Source: an uncultured Acidimicrobiaceae bacterium
GTDB lineage: Bacteria > Actinomycetota > Acidimicrobiia > Acidimicrobiales > RAAP-2
Reading direction: 5' to 3'
NCBI GenBank assembly: GCA_963824355.1
Contig: CAWGOY010000004.1
Location: 7,305 to 71,304, forward strand
DNA: 64,000 nucleotides
Below the pieces are notes generated by a model. That model was not told the origin of the DNA, searched no databases, and saw only the letters and a list, made by a program, of their open reading frames with translations. Of the stretch, positions 56,095 through 64,000 are shown one piece after another. Both the position numbers and the translations under genes were made by a program. Numbering within the stretch: the first letter of the stretch is position 1; each line of letters begins with the position of its first letter.

Positions 56095-56904
56095 GTGACC
56101 GCTAGGCAACCCAACGATCCTCAGATTCACGAATTCCGACAAATCGCCGAGTCGTTCGGCTCGGATGCCGAACGGTATGACCGGGCTCGGCCCAGCTATC
56201 CCGATGTGATGGTCCGACGGATCATCGACGCCAGTCCGGGTCCTGCCTATCTCGATGTGGGGACCGGTACCGGTATCGCTGCACGCCAGTTCCAGGCCAA
56301 GGGCTGCCAGGTGCTCGGTGTTGAGGTCGACCCGCGGATGGCCGATCTGGCTCGCCATCGCCAGTTGGCCGTCGAGGTAGCGGCATTCGAGAATTGGGAT
56401 CCCGCCGGCCGCGTCTTTGATGCGGTTGTCTCAGGGCAGACGTGGCACTGGATCGACCCGGAGGCGGGAGCGGCCAAGGCAGCTGAGGCGCTAGATCCCG
56501 GTGGCCGGCTCTCGCTGTTCTGGAACGTGTTCGAACCCCCATCTGAGTTAGCCGAAGCCTTCGCCACCGTCTACCGGAGCGTTCTGCCCGACCTGCCCTT
56601 CAATCCGTGGGCACGATCTCCAATGGACGCGTACTCGTCCATCTTGGCCAGAGCAGTCAGCGGAATGCGCGAGACGGACGCGTTCGACGATGCCGAGGAG
56701 TGGCGCTTCGACTGGGAACGGCCCTACACCCGAGAGGAGTGGCTCGACGTGGTCCCAACCAACGGGGGACACCAACACCTCCGCCCCGCCCAGCTCGCGG
56801 AACTGCTGGCCGGCCTCGGATCCACCATCGACGCGGTTGGCGGCACCTTCACCATGGGCTACAGGACGGTGGTGATCACGGCCACCCGGGCCCAGGACCA
56901 CTGA
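56095..56904 (+). CDS. Class I SAM-dependent methyltransferase
   Basis: 269 aa: YDRARPSYP, motif I YLDVGTGTGIAARQF, then GQTWHWIDP and LDPGGRLSLFW. Confidence 0.8.
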   Translation: MTARQPNDPQIHEFRQIAESFGSDAERYDRARPSYPDVMVRRIIDASPGPAYLDVGTGTGIAARQFQAKGCQVLGVEVDPRMADLARHRQLAVEVAAFENWDPAGRVFDAVVSGQTWHWIDPEAGAAKAAEALDPGGRLSLFWNVFEPPSELAEAFATVYRSVLPDLPFNPWARSPMDAYSSILARAVSGMRETDAFDDAEEWRFDWERPYTREEWLDVVPTNGGHQHLRPAQLAELLAGLGSTIDAVGGTFTMGYRTVVITATRAQDH

Positions 56905-57032
56905 GATCCGCCCCACGGGCGACTCGCTGCTGCCGGCCCACAGTCATGGGACGGCCACGCTCTTGGCATCTCCAGTGACCACGACGAGTGCGGCTCGACT
57001 GCCAGTGGTCATCGTGTGAGAAACTGCTTGGC

Positions 57033-57899
57033 ATGGACATCGGCGTCGCGTACCCCCAGATCGAGCTGGGAGGAGACCCTGCCGCGATTCGACAGTTTGG
57101 GAGCGCGGTAGAAGGCCTGGGCTTCGACCATCTGTTGGCTTACGACCATGTACTGGGGGCGGTTCATGCCGATCGGATCCCTCAGTTGATCGGCCCGTAC
57201 ACCGAGCATGACCCGTTTCACGACCCCTTCGTGCTGTTTGCCTACTTGGCGGGAATCACTGAGCGGATCCGGTTTGCCACCGGGATTTTGGTGCTTCCCC
57301 AACGCCAGACGGCACTCGTGGCGCGGCAAGCTGCCGACGTCGACCTCTTGTCCGGGGGTCGGTTGCGGATCGGCGTGGGGGTGGGCTGGAACCACGTCGA
57401 GTACCAGGCGTTAGGACAGGACTTTCATTCCCGTGGCGCTCGGCAGGAAGAGCAGATCGCACTGCTCCGTCTGTTGTTCACCGAGCCGATCGTCGACTTC
57501 TCCGGACGGTTCGACCGAATCGACCGAGCCTCACTGGTACCCAAGCCTGCTCGTTCCATTCCGATTTGGCTGGGCGGCGCCGGTGAGAGGGCGTTCGAAA
57601 GGGCCGCCCGGCTCGCAGACGGCTTTATCTTCTTCGGCGGAGGCGTGAACAAGACCATCTCATCCTGGACGCGGCTGCGTGAACGCGTAGCTCGTCTCGG
57701 TAGGTCAGTGGAAGACTTCGGCGGTGACTACGTCACGCTCAGCGGTGGAGATACGGGTGAGCTCACCAGGGAGGTCGACGCCTGGCGAGATGCAGGTGGG
57801 ACCCACGTGTCGATCGTCACCATGGGACTGGGTCTGGACACCGTCGAAGCACACATCAGCTACCTTGCCTCACTTTCAGAGCGGCTCGGTTTGTCGTAA
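57033..57899 (+). CDS. LLM-class F420-dependent oxidoreductase
   Basis: It begins MDIGVAYPQIELGGDP and continues GFDHLLAYDHVLG...RLRIGVGVGWNHVEYQALG...IPIWLGGAG. Confidence 0.82.
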   Translation: MDIGVAYPQIELGGDPAAIRQFGSAVEGLGFDHLLAYDHVLGAVHADRIPQLIGPYTEHDPFHDPFVLFAYLAGITERIRFATGILVLPQRQTALVARQAADVDLLSGGRLRIGVGVGWNHVEYQALGQDFHSRGARQEEQIALLRLLFTEPIVDFSGRFDRIDRASLVPKPARSIPIWLGGAGERAFERAARLADGFIFFGGGVNKTISSWTRLRERVARLGRSVEDFGGDYVTLSGGDTGELTREVDAWRDAGGTHVSIVTMGLGLDTVEAHISYLASLSERLGLS

Positions 57900-57958
57900 A
57901 ACCACGGTGCCCAAACTGGTTGTCGCTTCCCGAGCGAGAAGGTTGAGAAAGACGGACA

Positions 57959-58516
57959 ATGAGCCTCGAACGCATGAGAACGACGACGTTGTGCCTGGTC
58001 GCAGTCGGAGCTGCCGCTTGCGGAGGAGCGGCACAATCCGTCCACTCGACGACGACATCTCACACCGTGGTTTCGGCTCGCTTACCGCAGATGGTCACGG
58101 TGGGACACCTACAGTTCGAGCTCCCAGCGTCCTGGAAGGTCGGATACGGGACTTGCCGGTGCGGCTTCGGCCAGCCGGATACCGCAACGCTGGATAACGG
58201 CCCCCAGGGAGGGGGGGTCGAATGTAGCTGTCCTGCGGAGATAAGCAGTGCACGATCCGGCCTTCACCTCTACGAGGGCCAGACTGGCCTCATCCCGGGC
58301 GGCACTCCCACGGTGCTCCGTGGTCTCCAGGCGCTCGTTTCACTGGATACGGCGAATGCAACCCTGACCGCCACCTTTCCGGGTCTGGATCAATGGATCA
58401 TGATCAGCCCGGCTCCTCCCGCGGAATCCCCCTCAATCCATCGGCAACAATTTGCCGTCGAGAAGGAGATACTCGGCACGGTCTCCGTCGACTCGGAGGT
58501 TAACCCGGCACCGTAG
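57959..58516 (+). CDS. Hypothetical lipoprotein
   Basis: 185 aa beginning MSLERMRTTTLCLVAVGAAACGG (lipobox). Family not recognised. Confidence 0.55.
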   Translation: MSLERMRTTTLCLVAVGAAACGGAAQSVHSTTTSHTVVSARLPQMVTVGHLQFELPASWKVGYGTCRCGFGQPDTATLDNGPQGGGVECSCPAEISSARSGLHLYEGQTGLIPGGTPTVLRGLQALVSLDTANATLTATFPGLDQWIMISPAPPAESPSIHRQQFAVEKEILGTVSVDSEVNPAP

Positions 58517-58559
58517 GGTTCGGTGGTGGCTAGGAGAGGAGCTCGAGAACGCCCCGGGT

Positions 58560-59552
58560 TCAGGCCTCGTCCACGGCAGCTGTGGGCGCCGCCGGGGAGG
58601 CGGCCGATTCACCCTCCACGGCGACCTGTCCGGTGACCAGTTTGGCACTGAACTTGATGGCCTTAGTGGCCGAGGTGGCTCCGGTCTGCAGGACCACGGC
58701 AATCACCAGCAAGAACACGGCCAATACCCGGAAGGTGTGAGACCCGAGCATGAGAATCGCCACTCGGCCCAGGGCATACGGGGGGGAGCAGACAATGCCC
58801 CCGATGGCCCCGCCCACCGCTGCGGCAGTCAACTTGTCCTTACGAGATCGATCGGACTTGATCCCCACCAATCGAGCCGGGACGGCTACGTAGGTCACCA
58901 TCATGACTGCCACAACCACACTGAGCGTCAGGGCGAACCACCCCTTCCCCCACCGGGTCATGATCATGGTGGCGACCCCGAGAGCGAGGCCGATGATGCC
59001 TCCCCACAACACGATGGGACGAAGGTGCGTGCGAGCCAGGGCAAAAGCCGGTCGAATCTCAGGCTTTCCTTGCTTGGAGATGGCGAAAGCGAAGGCGGCA
59101 TTGAGGTAGAAGCTGGCTGCGGTGATGGCGGCGATGGCCAAAAGAATGGGAACGAGCAGCGGCCCGCGAACGATATGGAACTCCCTGCCGTGGAAGGCGT
59201 GCACCTTCAAGTCGAGCATGGCTGCCCAGATCCACATCGCCGGCAGAATCTGCACCAGCGTGAGACGCCAGTTGGTGACGAGCAGTTTCACCCCCTGGAA
59301 CAGCATTGCGAAACCACCCACGACCAGGGCCAGCGGGGCCAGTAGTCGGCTGCGGCGGCTGAGGGCGAGCACCGCGTTCTCCACCATCTCGTCATCGCCG
59401 TTCCGAATGGCGGTGACCAGGCGTTCGACCATCACCAGCACGGAGGCCCGACGGCTCAGTTGAGCTTCGGCCAGCTTCCCGTCCGACTCGGTGGCTTGGT
59501 CGGTCACTTCGGTCCTCGAGGAGGTAGAGGAGGGATCGGCGTCGAGCGTCAC
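58560..59552 (-). CDS. Hypothetical polytopic membrane protein; start uncertain (GTG 59552, ATG 59432 or ATG 59669)
   Basis: ORF 58560..59669 with at least 6 hydrophobic helices (LLAPLALVVGGFAMLF, ILPAMWIWAAML, LLVPILLAIAAITAASFYL, and others). Confidence 0.6.
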   Translation of the reverse strand: MTLDADPSSTSSRTEVTDQATESDGKLAEAQLSRRASVLVMVERLVTAIRNGDDEMVENAVLALSRRSRLLAPLALVVGGFAMLFQGVKLLVTNWRLTLVQILPAMWIWAAMLDLKVHAFHGREFHIVRGPLLVPILLAIAAITAASFYLNAAFAFAISKQGKPEIRPAFALARTHLRPIVLWGGIIGLALGVATMIMTRWGKGWFALTLSVVVAVMMVTYVAVPARLVGIKSDRSRKDKLTAAAVGGAIGGIVCSPPYALGRVAILMLGSHTFRVLAVFLLVIAVVLQTGATSATKAIKFSAKLVTGQVAVEGESAASPAAPTAAVDEA

Positions 59553-59700
59553 CTGGACGACCGACCGGCAGGTGCGAGTGGGTGCGCACCTGCTCTCGGA
59601 TTCCAGCTGTCCGAGGGATCCGTTTTCGCCCCCTCTTCCATGACTCACCAGGCTACTTCCGACATCCACACCTGGCGCAGCCAGAAAGGTATTGAAGAAG

Positions 59701-59786
59701 CCGGGCCGGGGCCGGTCCGTGCCGGGGCCGGGCCGGGCCGTGCCGGGACCGGGGCCGTGCCGGGGCCGGGGCCGGGGCCGTGCCGG
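59701..59786. repeat. G-rich imperfect repeat array ((GGGGCC)n interspersed with 4 copies of CCGTGCCGG)
   Basis: Direct reading. At least 10 runs of G3-4 lie on the plus strand, 45-130 nt upstream of the ettA start. Confidence 0.85.
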
Positions 59787-59830
59787 ACCCCTTGGTGCCG
59801 GCGCCCCGCCCGCTGGGCCACACTGGGGGC

Positions 59831-61502
<1,672 letters not shown>

Positions 61503-61510
<8 letters not shown>

Positions 61511-62564
61511 ACGCGCCGTGACCCCGCCTACCGGCCGAACCTTTGCCAGCGACAATTGGTCAGGAATCCATCCCGAAATCCTGGCTGCCATCGTCGGGGC
61601 CAACGGAGAGCACGTGCCGGCCTACGGCGAAGACCCAGTGACCGAGGGGGCCGACCGCCTGTTCCGGCAGCACTTCGGGGAGGACGCGGAGGTCTATCTG
61701 GCCTTTAACGGGACCGGAGCCAACGTGATTGGTCTGCAGTCGTTGCTCCACCCATTCGAAGCGGTGATCTGCGCCGAGACCGCCCACATCAACGTCGACG
61801 AGTGTGGTGCTCCGGAACGTTTCCTCGGGAGCAAACTGGTCACGGTTCCCACAGCTGATGGGAAGCTGACACCCGAGCTGGTTGAAAGGGCGGCTGTCGG
61901 AACCGGAGACGAGCACCACGTTCAGCCCCGAGTCGTGTCCATCACCCAGGCAACCGAGGTTGGCACCTGCTACCGGGTGGAGGAGGTGGCCGCGCTCGGG
62001 CGATGGGCCCACGATCACGGCATGTGGCTTCACCTGGATGGTGCTCGGTTGGCCAACGCTGCCGCCTCGTTGGGCGTAGGACTGGGCGCGTTCGGATCAG
62101 GAGCCGGAGTGGATGTGTTGTCGTTCGGCGGCACCAAGAACGGTGCCATGGGCGCCGAAGCGGTGATCTCGTTCCGGCCTTCCGATGGCTCACCACTGCG
62201 ATACATCCGTAAGCAATCCATGCAACTGGCCTCGAAGATGCGATTCATCTCCGCCCAGTTCACTGCTCTTCTGACCGATGACCTCTGGCTGATCAACGCA
62301 TCCCATGCCAACGCCATGGCCCGACGACTGGCCGACGGCGTCTCACGGATCGACGGCGTGTCCCTCGCCTATCCGGTTGAGGCAAATGGGGTCTTCGCCG
62401 TGCTGCCTCCAGCCGTCACTGCTGCGCTCCAGGAGGAGTTTCCGTTCTACGTCTGGGATGCAAGCACCGACGTGGTTCGGTGGATGGCCTCGTTCGATAC
62501 GACCGAAATGGACGTGGATGCGTTGATCGCCCTCGTCGAAGAGGCAATGGGGGAACTCGGGTAG
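61503..62564 (+). CDS. ltaE: Low-specificity L-threonine aldolase (beta-eliminating lyase family); start uncertain (GTG 61503 or 61518)
   Basis: It reads [14 protein letters not shown]...AFNGTGANV...[12 protein letters not shown]...[11 protein letters not shown]...LSFGGTKNG (PLP-lysine context). Confidence 0.8.
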
Positions 62565-62683
62565 TGCCAGGCATTGGGGTGATCGCTCCATAGCTCATGG
62601 CCTCGGCCTCCGGCTCCACCCTGGCCTCCGGCCTCGGCCGGTCGCGGTCGGGGGTTCACGGCGCGGGCACCCGGCCCGCCTGC

Positions 62684-64000
62684 TCACTCCTGGGCGGTGA
62701 ACAGGGGTGGATCGGGTGGTGCTTCGGGTTTGGTTCGGCGTCGCTTGGTCGGCCCGGTGGCGGTCCGAGTGCTGTTCTTGGCCAGCTTTCTCTTCTGTCG
62801 GGGGGTGATCTTGGGCTCGTTCGGGGCCACCCAGCGCCAGGTTCCCGGTCCACCCTCGAGTTTGAACCCGTTGTAGGTCTTCAACTGGTGGTGGTGCTTG
62901 CACAAGCGAGCAGCGTTGTGGAGAGAGAGGGGCCCGTCGTCGGCGAAGTCGATCTCCCAGTGGTCGGTCTCCAATCCGAGCCTTGAGTCACAACCGGGGA
63001 CCACACAGCACTGGTCCCGTTCGAACACCGCGGTGCGCAGGGCGGCGGGCATGGTGCGGCCCGGATGGCAGATGGTGGTCACGTCCACCCCGTCGGTGAT
63101 GATGATCCGCAACAGGGCATCGCCCATCATCTCTTTGGCTGTCGCAAGTGAGACCGGTCCCACCCCGGGGATCTCACAGACCTCGCCGTTTTGGACCGAT
63201 CCCCGGCGCAGAGCGGCCAGATCCACCCGCAGGTTGACCTGAGCCTCGGAGCGGGAAGGGGCGTGGTCGCTCTCGTCACTGTCGGCTCTGTCGGCTGTGA
63301 CGGCTGCACCGGTAGTGCCGGCTGTGCCGGCTGTGCCGGCTGTGCCGGCTGTGCCGGCTGGGCCGGCTGTGCCGGCTGGGCTGGCTGTGCCGGCTGTGCC
63401 GGCTGTGCCGGCTGGGCCAGTGGTGCGACTGTTGGTGGCCCCGGTGAGCAGGGCGACCAGGGCGTCGGCCCGGTAGGCGTCGGTCGACTCACTTCGGCCT
63501 TGCGCTCGGGCTTTCTGGAAGATGCGGTCGGTCTTTTTGTCCAAGACCGAGAGCAGCTTGGCCCCAACCACCGGGTGGAGGAGCGCTTCCAAGTGGAAAG
63601 CACCGTCCCGGTCGACATAGGTCCGACACCGGCGGGCCTTATGGAGGGCCTCGTCGTGGCGGGCCGCTTCTTCTGCGGTCCTTCCCTGGGCCTTTACCCG
63701 CAGACAGTCGTCTTTGACCTGTCGGTGGGTGGCTGCTCCCTTGGCCCCTTTGACCAGTTCGTCTTCTCTGCCGGGATTGACCCGGGCGGCGTCGGAGATG
63801 AGCTGGGTCCGAGACGTCGACAGTTCGCCGTTTCGGAAGGCTTCGTCCACGCTGGGCTGGGAGATGAGGTTCTCCCCCAAGGACAGGAGCTTTCCTGCTT
63901 CTGCCACTGACTCACCGGTGGCCGAAGCCAGCCACTCGGCCGGGGTGCGGTGACCGGAGCGCAGATGGGCGTTGGATTGGGCCACCCGGCGGGCACAGTG
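62684..64000 (-). CDS. DUF222 / HNH endonuclease-domain protein (13E12-repeat-like family); 5' end probably beyond the window
   Basis: HNH region [43 protein letters not shown] and DUF222-like N-part. The frame stays open to position 64000 ([10 protein letters not shown]...). Confidence 0.8.
   Translation of the reverse strand, partial: HCARRVAQSNAHLRSGHRTPAEWLASATGESVAEAGKLLSLGENLISQPSVDEAFRNGELSTSRTQLISDAARVNPGREDELVKGAKGAATHRQVKDDCLRVKAQGRTAEEAARHDEALHKARRCRTYVDRDGAFHLEALLHPVVGAKLLSVLDKKTDRIFQKARAQGRSESTDAYRADALVALLTGATNSRTTGPAGTAGTAGTASPAGTAGPAGTAGTAGTAGTAGTTGAAVTADRADSDESDHAPSRSEAQVNLRVDLAALRRGSVQNGEVCEIPGVGPVSLATAKEMMGDALLRIIITDGVDVTTICHPGRTMPAALRTAVFERDQCCVVPGCDSRLGLETDHWEIDFADDGPLSLHNAARLCKHHHQLKTYNGFKLEGGPGTWRWVAPNEPKITPRQKRKLAKNSTRTATGPTKRRRTKPEAPPDPPLFTAQE
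63315..63413. repeat. 9-bp tandem repeat x11 (gtgccggct, 2 variant copies)
   Basis: Direct reading. It is in frame and encodes (AGT)n, [35 protein letters not shown], in the DUF222/HNH protein. Confidence 0.95.

Overview
Visibly GC-rich, gene-dense chromosomal segment of actinobacterial type. Supporting markers are mycothiol-type MDMPI, several F420/LLM oxidoreductases, an igr-like steroid side-chain operon, KstR-like boxes and a DUF222/13E12-type HNH protein. No rRNA, tRNA, CRISPR array or transposase was recognised.

Four themes:
1. Type IVa pilus genes sit in two blocks with no secretin. Block one is pilA-pilC-pilT-(T2SSE_N)-pilB, divergent from pilD and a NarL-type two-component system. 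Block two is a second pilT, a pilM-pilN fusion and pilO.
2. A central catabolic island (about 22.5-42.8 kb) carries acyl-CoA synthetases, acyl-CoA dehydrogenases, MaoC/DUF35 hydratases, an SCP-x-type thiolase, a P450 and LLM oxidoreductases. Three matches or near-matches to the KstR operator consensus lie in its promoter regions.
3. A long, translationally coupled Tad/Flp pilus operon (about 42.9-54.5 kb, minus strand) ends in a 1109-aa membrane LysM-wHTH/BTAD protein. It starts with uncharacterised secreted proteins, with a trypsin-like protease gene 0.5 kb further upstream. This is my best candidate for an undescribed module.
4. Housekeeping genes are present: moaC, tldD/pmbA, dxs, purU, ettA and ltaE.

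Major caveat: at least 17 conserved genes, including dxs, pilB, pilC, pilT and tadA, are broken by clustered frameshifts, while multi-kb neighbouring ORFs are intact. I reconstructed these genes across frames. The breaks are more likely consensus indel errors than biology, but that needs the reads.

All homology calls come from motif recognition by eye. No database search was run.
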